In this document: positions 8,721 through 16,592 of the stretch, piece by piece
How positions within the stretch are numbered: the stretch's first letter is position 1
Layout: every line of letters begins with the position of its first letter
Source of the DNA: Candidatus Atelocyanobacterium thalassa isolate ALOHA
Lineage (GTDB): Bacteria > Cyanobacteriota > Cyanobacteriia > Cyanobacteriales > Microcystaceae
Assembly (NCBI RefSeq): GCF_000025125.1
Contig: NC_013771.1
Span: 1,200,001 to 1,232,000, forward strand
DNA length: 32,000 nt
Direction of reading: 5' to 3'
Notes under the pieces: generated by a model
The model's input: only the letters and a program-made list of their open reading frames with translations
Database searches by the model: none
Told to the model about the DNA's origin: nothing
Program-made: the position numbers and the translations under genes

Positions 8721-9596
8721 TTAGATATGTCTTCTAAATATAACAACTTGTTTACCTACTACTGGACTTCTCGCAATAACTACATTATTTAAATTTTTAA
8801 TAATTAATTTTGATAAATTTAGCTCCTGTATATATTCAAAAATTTCTTGAGTCCAATTATCTTGTTCTTTGACTGGCAAGTCATACCATTCTTTATTAAT
8901 AAGTAGTACTAAACAATTTTTAGAAAAATCGATTTCAAAACTATCAATAAGTGTTTCATGATGAGAAGTTATTAAATCATTTATTCTGCTTTGGACATTA
9001 ATAATAATTTCTTCTTCTGGTGTTAGAAACTGTAAAACTGAAAGCTCATTATTTTCTAAATCAATTTTTGCGGCTGAATCAGAATGAATAATAGTTCCTA
9101 CCATTTTTGACTTAAGATATTGGAATTTAGGAAATGAAGATATTAATAAAGTCAATAATATGATTATTATGACTAGATATATGGCTATTTTTTTTACAAA
9201 ATCTAAAGAAATCTGAAAATGAGCTATTGAGTTAACCAAAGTACTAAAGATAGAACTCTTATTCGTATTATTAGAACTGATGTTATCCTTTGATACTGTA
9301 TCATCTTTAATTTGACTCTCTATATCTTTACTATTAGTAGAAGGATCCATAGTATGAAGTTTTAATTCTTTCTTTATAGTACTATTTATTATTTCTATAT
9401 GATTGATTAAAAGATCAATTTTTCTTTTGTGCAATAAAAAATTGTTATGATCCTGACTAATACTATTAATATAACGGTGGACTTCCAGCGTCATCAGCTC
9501 TAATAATTTTTCTTCAGCAATATCATTGTCTAAATAATCATTGATATTCATAAGATTTAGATTTATTTCAGGACTTCTTCTACTCAACATGACCAT
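8721..9596 (-). CDS. Hypothetical single-pass membrane protein
   Basis: 291 aa. It has a helical N-terminal part, an S/N/T/D-rich low-complexity linker, one transmembrane helix (IAIYLVIIIILLTLLISSF) and a C-terminal domain of about 130 aa. It ends 21 nt upstream of the CRR7-like gene on the same strand. No family recognised. Confidence 0.6.
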   Translation of the reverse strand: MVMLSRRSPEINLNLMNINDYLDNDIAEEKLLELMTLEVHRYINSISQDHNNFLLHKRKIDLLINHIEIINSTIKKELKLHTMDPSTNSKDIESQIKDDTVSKDNISSNNTNKSSIFSTLVNSIAHFQISLDFVKKIAIYLVIIIILLTLLISSFPKFQYLKSKMVGTIIHSDSAAKIDLENNELSVLQFLTPEEEIIINVQSRINDLITSHHETLIDSFEIDFSKNCLVLLINKEWYDLPVKEQDNWTQEIFEYIQELNLSKLIIKNLNNVVIARSPVVGKQVVIFRRHI

Positions 9597-9983
9597 ATTT
9601 CTACGCGTTTTTGATTATTAACTTGTAAAAATTGTATAAAAAGTAGTACTTTTTTAAGAAATATGGAAAATAAAACCAAAAATAAAATATTTTCAAAGCA
9701 AATTCAGTCTATGAATTAAAGTTTTATTTTTGGCATGATAGCGCTTAGAAGTCTACATAAAGATTTTCTCTTAACAAACTATCACAGTTCTAGTTTGATA
9801 TTTTATCTTATTAATAAAATTGATTTGATTTAGAAGAAAATGTTAATATTGTCCAAAGAATGAGAATAAAAATTATTGACTTAGTTTGTTATCAATATTG
9901 TGTGATTTTATTTAAAACTAGTATTAGATAGCTACTAACAAGATTTTATCTCTTAAACACCTAGGATTAAGGAAAGCACTTCA

Positions 9984-10223
9984 ATGACAATCTATATGCG
10001 ACAAATTCCTACTGATATTACAGAGGCTGAGGTTACCGATGTTTTTAAGAAACATGGAGAAGTTAAGCAAGTCCGCTTCCCTCTTGATCCAAAAACTGGA
10101 GAAAGAATAGGATATGCTCTAATAGATATGGGCGATAAAGAGCAGGAAGAAGACACAATTGAGGAATTAAATGGGGAAGATTTAAAAGGAGTTAGACTTA
10201 GATTAAATAGAAATGTTGATTAA
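9984..10223 (+). CDS. Divergent RRM-type RNA-binding protein paralog (no Gly-rich tail)
   Basis: 79 aa and colinear with the neighbouring Rbp. RNP2 reads IYMRQI rather than IYVGNL. RNP1 reads IGYALIDM rather than RGFGFVEM. An AAGGA lies 9 nt before the ATG. Confidence 0.8.
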   Translation: MTIYMRQIPTDITEAEVTDVFKKHGEVKQVRFPLDPKTGERIGYALIDMGDKEQEEDTIEELNGEDLKGVRLRLNRNVD

Positions 10224-10386
10224 ACGAAATAAATTCAACAAATATTATTTATTTTAAGTAATTAACTTGTTAATTTTACTTAAACAATCTTTCTATCAGG
10301 TTGTCATAAGAATTAACCTAACTAGGTTTTGGCACTAACGGAGATATTCTTCGATTACCATCAAGCGTTTTTTTAGCTTTATACTT

Positions 10387-10420
10387 GGTTATTGTCAATT
10401 ATTATTGACAACCTTTTTTT
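10387..10420 (+). terminator. Rho-independent terminator after the first rbp paralog
   Basis: The stem pairs ggtt(att)tgtcaa with ttgacaacc around a 6-nt loop, followed by T7 at 10414-10420. It lies about 165 nt after the stop at 10223. Confidence 0.6.
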
Positions 10421-10536
10421 CTATTAATATAAATTATCTAATTAATATTGTTATTAGTGTTCATTTATAGTTTACGTAAAACTATAATTTTATCTATAAA
10501 TTGCTAAAAATTTGTCGACTATTTGCTTTTAGAAAA

Positions 10537-10566
10537 TTGCTCTTGTTTAAAATAAAGTGCTAAGAT
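10537..10566 (+). promoter_or_regulatory. Candidate sigma70-type promoter of the second rbp gene
   Basis: TTGCTC (10537-10542), an 18-nt spacer and TAAGAT (10561-10566). This would give a leader of about 135 nt that contains the shared boxes. Chance hits are likely in AT-rich DNA. Confidence 0.3.
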
Positions 10567-10707
10567 AATCGATGATAACTGAGGGTGAGGTATCGGTAGT
10601 CAAGTTTGTTGTCAGTATCAAGTAGGTATTTGTCCGAAGTTAATATTGGCCAACTGCTCTCCGAAGTTTTATCTCTCTACAACTCTAAGATTAAGGAGAA
10701 CATCCCC

Positions 10708-10953
10708 ATGTCAATTTATGTTGGTAATCTTTCCTTTGAAGCGACAGAAGCAGATGTTACTAATGTCTTTAAAGAATATGGTGAAGTTAAAAAAGTTTAT
10801 CTTCCTTCTGATCGGGAAACTGGAAAAATGCGAGGTTTCGGTTTTGTAGAAATGGAGACAGAAAACCAAGAATCTGCAGCAATTGATAAGCTAAATGGAT
10901 CAGAATGGATGGGGAGAATATTAAAAGTTAATAAAGCAAAACCCCGTGAATAG
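10708..10953 (+). CDS. rbp: RRM-type RNA-binding protein Rbp (short type without Gly-rich C-terminus)
   Basis: 81 aa from ATG 10708, with an AAGGAG Shine-Dalgarno at 10693-10698. RNP2 (IYVGNL) and RNP1 (RGFGFVEM) are canonical. The track ORF starting at 10606 is an in-frame read-through of the leader. Confidence 0.92.
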   Translation: MSIYVGNLSFEATEADVTNVFKEYGEVKKVYLPSDRETGKMRGFGFVEMETENQESAAIDKLNGSEWMGRILKVNKAKPRE

Positions 10954-11070
10954 ACTTTTAGAGGTTAATTTTAAAAAATTAATTAAAATTATAGATTCTA
11001 AGTGATTATTCTAGATGTTTTTGTTTATTTCTATTGAAAAACTGTTTACTATTTACATAGAGGATATTTT

Positions 11071-11241
11071 ATGGCTAAACGTCGAAATTTAAAAAAAGAA
11101 AAAGCTGAAAGGAATCAAGCCTACGCTCGTCAATTCCGTCAAAAAGCTTCTCGCTCTTTTTCTAGAGGAAGGTCTTATTCTAATAATCGTAGTGATCAAG
11201 AAGATATGAATGCTGCTGATACCACTAATGATAACAACTAA
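11071..11241 (+). CDS. Small basic hypothetical protein (56 aa), absent from the ORF track
   Basis: Manual translation gives MAKRRNLKKEKAERNQAYARQFRQKASRSFSRGRSYSNNRSDQEDMNAADTTNDNN. An AGGA lies 6 nt before the ATG and a hairpin lies downstream. The K/R-rich N-terminal half looks like a nucleic-acid-binding peptide. It does not look like S21. Confidence 0.5.
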   Translation: MAKRRNLKKEKAERNQAYARQFRQKASRSFSRGRSYSNNRSDQEDMNAADTTNDNN

Positions 11242-11266
11242 AAATACTTGGTTTTAAGCAACATAC

Positions 11267-11296
11267 GGAAAACGGGAATTTTAAGATTCCCTTTCC
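11267..11296. terminator. Hairpin between convergent genes (small basic ORF and murJ)
   Basis: ggaaa(ac)gggaat, loop tttaag, then attccctttcc. The core is 6 bp with a 5-bp extension. It lies between stops at 11241 (+) and 11328 (-). Confidence 0.5.
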
Positions 11297-11327
11297 TAAA
11301 TGTTTAATTTCTTAAAAAGTTTTATGA

Positions 11328-12938
11328 TTATCGTTGCAGTTTTTTCTTTAACTGATTATTCAATAGAGCAATTTCGGGTAATTGTAACTGCGTAGATAAA
11401 ACAAAGAATACTCCTAAAATCGTACTACTAGAAATAAATAATTGTAAGCATTGTATTCCTAAATTATTTCCGATGTATATCTTATGTAAGAAGTGGCTTA
11501 CTATCCATCCTGAAAAAGATGCTATGGAGCTTATCCCTATAAGATTTAATATACTTATACTCCAATCTTTGATTGGTAATTTTTGTAGACGACGATTTAA
11601 AATAACTAAAAATATCAATATAGAAATTAGATTAACTAAAATAGTTGCAAAGACTAAACCAGGTGTACCAAATGGTTTATATAATAAAAAGTCTAATAAA
11701 AAATTTAAAAATATATTAAACAGGCTAATACGAAAAGGTGTTTCACCATCACCTAACGCATAGAATACTCTAACTAAAACATCTCTTACTAAATAGAAGA
11801 ACATTCCCATCCCATAAGCAATTAAGACTGGAGTTACTATAAATACATCATCCATTTCAAATGCACCACGTTGGTAAATCACGCGAATAATTTTAGGAGC
11901 AAGAGCAATAAAAATCGCTGTTAGAGGCAGCATAGTTAAAGCACTTAGGAAAATACCTTGACGAATTCTTAATTTTAATTCATTCCAATTCTCTGGTGCA
12001 GTTAACTGCGAAAAAATAGGCATAAATGGAACTAAGATCATATTGGAAATTATTCCCAGAGGAGTTAAAGCGATAAAGTTAGCATATCTCATTGCTGCAG
12101 CTGCATCAGGAATAAAAGATGCAAAAAATAAGTCTGTATAAACATTGATATGCAACATACCTGAAGCAAAAGTGGCTGGGATCATTATTTTCATAATATT
12201 TCTCAACTCAGGTGTATTAAATTCAAAGCGTAATTTAATTCCACCCATTCCTCTCCTTACTTGAGATTGAAGCTGAGCTAACCATTGTAACAAACCACCA
12301 ATCAATGTTCCTCCTGCTAAGACCATACCTCCTAGGTACCAGTTATCTGGTTTGTTGATATCTGCACCTACCTGCCAAATGAAAATCCATACTCCAGAAG
12401 AAATAACCAAGCTTGAAAATAAGGGACTAATACTAGGGAGTAAATACTGATTTGAAACGTTAAGAGTCCCAAAACCTATACCAATTAGCCCTGATAATAA
12501 TGCTAACGGTGCCATAATCTGTAGTTGTTCAACAGCGATTAATTTTACTTCTTCCTCTAGTCCAGGAGCTAAGATTGAAATAAATGTATTGGCGAATAAA
12601 ATAAGAATAATAGTAATTATTAATAAAAATATAGTTACTAATGTGGTGACCGATTCTACTAAAGGTGCTACTTCAGTTTTCTTCCTTTTAGTTAAAACAC
12701 TAATAAGAGAACTATGAAATGGTCCATTAATTCCTCCTAATAAAATCAAGAAAAAACCAGGGATAACATATGCATACGAGTAAGCATTAATAACTGGACC
12801 TACACCAAAGGCTGCTGCGATTGATTGTTCTCGAATTAATCCAAATAATTTACTTATTAAAGTTGCGAATGCTACAATCCCAGCTATATCGATTAAAGAA
12901 CGAGATTTTTTCTTATTAAGTGACACAAAGTTTCTCAC
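11328..12938 (-). CDS. murJ: Lipid II flippase MurJ (MviN)
   Basis: 536 aa and polytopic. The N-terminus reads GIVAFATLISKLFGLIREQSIAAAFGVGPVINAYSYAY, and further on RGAFE and DG.TPF. These are typical of the MurJ/MviN family. Confidence 0.92.
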   Translation of the reverse strand: MRNFVSLNKKKSRSLIDIAGIVAFATLISKLFGLIREQSIAAAFGVGPVINAYSYAYVIPGFFLILLGGINGPFHSSLISVLTKRKKTEVAPLVESVTTLVTIFLLIITIILILFANTFISILAPGLEEEVKLIAVEQLQIMAPLALLSGLIGIGFGTLNVSNQYLLPSISPLFSSLVISSGVWIFIWQVGADINKPDNWYLGGMVLAGGTLIGGLLQWLAQLQSQVRRGMGGIKLRFEFNTPELRNIMKIMIPATFASGMLHINVYTDLFFASFIPDAAAAMRYANFIALTPLGIISNMILVPFMPIFSQLTAPENWNELKLRIRQGIFLSALTMLPLTAIFIALAPKIIRVIYQRGAFEMDDVFIVTPVLIAYGMGMFFYLVRDVLVRVFYALGDGETPFRISLFNIFLNFLLDFLLYKPFGTPGLVFATILVNLISILIFLVILNRRLQKLPIKDWSISILNLIGISSIASFSGWIVSHFLHKIYIGNNLGIQCLQLFISSSTILGVFFVLSTQLQLPEIALLNNQLKKKLQR

Positions 12939-13116
12939 AAAAAGCTAGTCATTATTATTAAAGATTTTGCTGCAGGAAGCAAGACATTATTAATTGACAA
13001 ACAACTAAGAGTTTATATTTTTTAGGAATTAATAGCTTTTGATTTAATAATCAATAGGATAATTCAAAAATAACAATTTTTTTTTGAGCTTATGGAATAC
13101 ATCTCAAGTAGATAGT

Positions 13117-14376
13117 TTAATAGTTATTATTTTTTTGTTTACCTAAGAGATATCTGGTTTCAGAGGCAGCTCGCTCCATAGCCACCTCTGGAGTTAATTG
13201 TTCAGTAATTGCTGCACTTAAATAGCGCTGTAAAATATCTGAAGCTTGTGCATACTGAGGAATAGGTGGGCGTAAGATTGAGTTTTCTATTACATTTAGC
13301 AGCTGGGGGTAATAGGAAAACTTAGTTAATATTTCGGGATCATTAAATAAAGAACGACGACTAGGGACATAACCTGTTGCTAAGATAAATCTACGTTGTA
13401 CCTCTTCACTACTAAAAAATTTAATAACTTCCCATGCTGCATCAGGATGTTTACTATTCTTTGTAATACCAAGTCCCCAACCTCCCAAGCAAGAACCACT
13501 AAAGTAATTACTAGCATGAACCATAGGCTTGATTTTAAATTTACCTTGAACAGGAGAACTACTGTCAGATAATAAACCAAAAGCATAAGGCCAATTACGC
13601 ATAAAAACAGCATTCCCAGTTTGAAAAAGTCGTCTTACTTCCTCTTCTGCATAAGTAGTTACCCCCATCGGAGAAGCTTTGCTATCTAATGTACGACGTA
13701 GAAAATTGACTGCCTCAATAGCTTTTGGACTATCTAGTCCGACTTCAAGAGTGTAAGGGTTGATCCAAAATGCACCATACCCATTTAAAACTTCCATAAA
13801 CATTGCAGATAAACCTTCATATTGCTTACCAGTCCACAAGTAGCCCCACTCAGCTAACTTTTTTTCTTGTAAAGCATTAGATATATTTATTAACTCTTCA
13901 AATGTATTAGGTGGTTTATATCCAGCCTTCTCTAGTAAGTCATCACGATAATAAAGGATACCTCCATCGGAACGTATAGGGATTCGATATAGCTCTCCCT
14001 GATACATACCACCGTTAATATCTCCCTCCAAAAAAGCTGCTAAGTCTACTTTTGATAGTCTATCTGATAAGCTTCTTAACCATCCGGCAGCAGCAAATTT
14101 AGAAACCCAGATAATATCCATAAATACTAGATCGTAAGGAGAATTTCCTAACAAAAAAGAAGAAGTATATAAGTCTTCAACTTGGTTAGTAGCATTAGGA
14201 CCTTCAACAATTTCTAATTCTATATCAGAATATTGATAATTAAATTCCTCTACAAAAGGTTTCCATTGACTAGCTTCTAGTGCTTGCATCATTAAGGTAA
14301 CTTTTACAGGATTAGCAGATGAGCTTAATGTAATACTTGTAAAAATTAATAATGAACTAATAATTACTAGTATCAA
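13117..14376 (-). CDS. ABC transporter substrate-binding protein (family 1, sugar-type), start uncertain
   Basis: 419 aa from a TTG. It has a signal-like N-terminus (LILVIISSLLIFTSITLSSSANP) and SBP_bac_1-like features (DLVFMDIIWV, GELYRIP, YYRDDLLEKAG, RNWPYA). No permease or ATPase gene is adjacent. Confidence 0.85.
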   Translation of the reverse strand: MILVIISSLLIFTSITLSSSANPVKVTLMMQALEASQWKPFVEEFNYQYSDIELEIVEGPNATNQVEDLYTSSFLLGNSPYDLVFMDIIWVSKFAAAGWLRSLSDRLSKVDLAAFLEGDINGGMYQGELYRIPIRSDGGILYYRDDLLEKAGYKPPNTFEELINISNALQEKKLAEWGYLWTGKQYEGLSAMFMEVLNGYGAFWINPYTLEVGLDSPKAIEAVNFLRRTLDSKASPMGVTTYAEEEVRRLFQTGNAVFMRNWPYAFGLLSDSSSPVQGKFKIKPMVHASNYFSGSCLGGWGLGITKNSKHPDAAWEVIKFFSSEEVQRRFILATGYVPSRRSLFNDPEILTKFSYYPQLLNVIENSILRPPIPQYAQASDILQRYLSAAITEQLTPEVAMERAASETRYLLGKQKNNNY

Positions 14377-14525
14377 GAAACGAACAATAAAAAAAAATTA
14401 ATTGGCAGAGTTTTGATTAACTGATCAATTTTCATAATAGTTTGTATAGATATATTTATGTTTTAATATCTGAAATGAAAAACAGTTAGTAATGCAAATA
14501 AAAAGGTATAAATAATCCGGTTAGT

Positions 14526-14765
14526 TTAATAGTTCTCAGTTTTTCTTAAAACTTCTACTTCGTTATCACAAACATGGACTTTAAATTTCTCACTAATTTT
14601 GACTAATAAAGGTAAATTAGCGCTAAGCGGTCTACCTTCCCAGTCACTAATAATATTAATAATTTCTCCTTCCATCCCTTTTAGATCAAATGCTTCTTGC
14701 CTATGTTCTGGATGGTGATAAACGATAATAGATTCTATAATACGAATGCGATCTCCAATCTTCAT
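14526..14765 (-). CDS. ftrV: Ferredoxin-thioredoxin reductase variable subunit
   Basis: 79 aa from ATG 14765. The track start at 14774 is a TTG three codons upstream. The sequence MKIGDRIRIIESIIVYHHPEHRQEAFDLKGMEGEI...WEGRPLSANLPLLV matches the FTR variable chain. Confidence 0.9.
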   Translation of the reverse strand: MKIGDRIRIIESIIVYHHPEHRQEAFDLKGMEGEIINIISDWEGRPLSANLPLLVKISEKFKVHVCDNEVEVLRKTENY

Positions 14766-14815
14766 ATCTATCAATTATTAGGAATTTTTAATCAAAAGTT
14801 AATAGTCATATTATC

Positions 14816-14843
14816 TTGACATAAAGTGTCGCGAGATCATAAT
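14816..14843 (+). promoter_or_regulatory. Strong sigma70-like promoter motif about 260 nt upstream of fabZ
   Basis: TTGACA (14816-14821), a 16-nt spacer and CATAAT (14838-14843). The next plus-strand gene is fabZ at 15111. Confidence 0.4.
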
Positions 14844-15110
14844 AAATGAAAAATTTTCTTATTTACAGATTATTATTCTATTTTAAAAATCTGACTGAAA
14901 ATCATTTTTCTAACATAGATTTTTATACTATATTATTTAGCATTCTATTTTATACTTATATTTTCTGGTTAAAGCTTTATAAAATATATATATTTGCAAA
15001 TCGTTAAGGATTATGAAATGATTTACACATGTACCTAAATATGTAAAATAAGCGAAAATACCGTTTTTATCGGTAATCTATAAACTATCGTATCTAAATA
15101 TAATGATGTT

Positions 15111-15587
15111 ATGGAAGAATTTATAGAAGATCCCTCTAATAATAGTAAATGTCAAACTCAATATACTATTCAAGAGATACAGGAACTTCTCCCTCATCGA
15201 TATCCTTTTTCTTTAGTTGATCGAATTATTGATTATATTCCTGCTAAAAAAGCAGTTGGAATTAAAAATGTAACTATTAATGAACCTTTTTTCTCTGGTC
15301 ATATCCCAAGTCTACCAATAATGCCAGGAGTATTAATTTTAGAATCTATTGCTCAGGTTGGAGGAGTTGTTTTAACTTTACTACCAGGGATGAAGGGAGT
15401 TTTTTTTGCTTTTGCGGGTATTGATAAAGTCCGCTTCCGTCGTCCTGTTATTCCAGGAGACCAATTAATAATTACAGTTGAGTTATTAACTTTAAAAAGA
15501 AATAGAATTGCAAAAATGAAGGGTGAAGGTACAGTGGATGGAGAGCTCGCAGTTCAAGGCGAAATGTTATTTTCCCGTATTGACTGA
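15111..15587 (+). CDS. fabZ: 3-hydroxyacyl-ACP dehydratase FabZ
   Basis: 158 aa. Hot-dog fold motifs are present: [43 protein letters not shown] and [14 protein letters not shown]. Confidence 0.95.
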   Translation: MEEFIEDPSNNSKCQTQYTIQEIQELLPHRYPFSLVDRIIDYIPAKKAVGIKNVTINEPFFSGHIPSLPIMPGVLILESIAQVGGVVLTLLPGMKGVFFAFAGIDKVRFRRPVIPGDQLIITVELLTLKRNRIAKMKGEGTVDGELAVQGEMLFSRID

Positions 15588-15952
15588 TCAATTTTTCAAA
15601 ATAACATAATAGTTTATTTTTAAACAATAAAAATAATTTAAAAATTTAAATAAAAACTATTTAAGAATGTTGATAGATTATTTTAATGGAAAAATTTTTA
15701 TAATCTAATTTAATATTGCATAATCTTGTAGAGGTATGATTAATTTTATAGATTTTATCTAGAAAGTTCAGCAGAAAAAAGTGTAAATGAAGGATCTGGA
15801 GAAATATTTTATTCCAAATATGTGTCAGTTTTATTTATCAGTTATGGCTAATTATGGAACAACTACTCAAGGAAATCCTAAAGTAGTTGTTTGCATCAAA
15901 AGTTATTGAAATAATTTCCTTCAAATCATTTTTAGGAAAAAATAGCTTTCAA

Positions 15953-16213
15953 TTATTTATATTTAAGTTTCATCACTAAAATAGGAAAAGCTAAAATAAA
16001 TGTAGCAATATTAGTCATAATGATTGGAATATCTTTTTGCAAAATACCATAAGTAATCCAAAGGATTAACCCACAGCAAAATAATAGAAACATAGCTAAA
16101 GAGATATCTTTAGTTACGCGAGTTTTCCAAGTTTTTACCAATTGAGGATAAAAAGAAATAGTTGTTAATGAGCCCGCGCATATACCGATCCAAGTAAAAG
16201 CATCAGCGTCCAT
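15953..16213 (-). CDS. SemiSWEET / PQ-loop sugar transporter (3 TM)
   Basis: 86 aa. It carries the PQ motif (SFYPQLVKTWKTRVTKDISLAMFLL) and the tail ILVMKLKYK. By recollection it aligns closely with bacterial SemiSWEETs. Confidence 0.88.
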   Translation of the reverse strand: MDADAFTWIGICAGSLTTISFYPQLVKTWKTRVTKDISLAMFLLFCCGLILWITYGILQKDIPIIMTNIATFILAFPILVMKLKYK

Positions 16214-16592
16214 AAGTCAAAATAGATAGTTAATAAGTAGTTGATAATATGGTGGTAAGACAAAGATTATTAATTGCCATACTCCATAATTAGTTTTTAA
16301 GATGAGCTTAAGGCAAAGAACATTTAGAAATTATACCTCAACCTTATAGCATATTCTACCAACTACATGTAATTAAAGCAGCTTATGTAGAATATGAAAA
16401 TTATTATCTTAGAATAACCTAACTCAATACCTAATTATCTTAATTCTAATGAAATTAATTAAGTACTTTAATATTTCTACATAAAATAGCTTAAAAAAAT
16501 TTATAATTTTTACTAAAACTATTAAAGAAATATCTCACAGTATTGAACATAAGAATTAATATTTTTTATCAGATAAAAATTATCTAAAATTC

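Noticed and set aside
10606-10707. N-terminal extension of 34 aa on the rbp ORF, and the overlapping ORF 10646-10849
   Set aside because: The extension starts at a TTG and runs through the conserved leader. The canonical RRM begins at ATG 10708 behind an AAGGAG. ORF 10646-10849 is an alternative frame of the same gene with junk-like composition.
11473-11763. Antisense ORF inside murJ
   Set aside because: It is fully contained in murJ on the opposite strand and its K/N/I-rich composition is typical of antisense frames.
12994-13021. Plus-strand TTGACA-16-TATTTT promoter-like motif between murJ and the binding-protein gene
   Set aside because: It points into the 3' end of a minus-strand gene, and no plus-strand gene follows for about 2 kb. 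Such matches arise by chance in DNA of about 30% GC, and an antisense-RNA role is pure speculation.
13380-13613. Alternative-frame ORF within the ABC binding-protein gene
   Set aside because: It is a same-strand overlapping frame inside a well-supported CDS, with no independent start signals.
14846-15007. 53-aa ORF (MKNFLIYRLLFYFKNL...) between the 14816 promoter motif and fabZ
   Set aside because: Its F/Y/I/L/K/N-dominated composition is what random AT-rich DNA encodes. Its ATG lies only 3 nt after the putative -10 box, upstream of the expected transcription start.
15787-15909. 40-aa ORF downstream of fabZ
   Set aside because: It has no SD, no recognisable motif and an unremarkable composition. 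It cannot be told apart from a chance ORF or a gene remnant without homology searches.
16350-16396. 10-bp inverted repeat (catattctac ... gtagaatatg) in the SemiSWEET-hypE spacer
   Set aside because: The stem is short, the loop is 27 nt, and the repeat is not next to a stop codon or start site. It is too weak to call a terminator or an operator.
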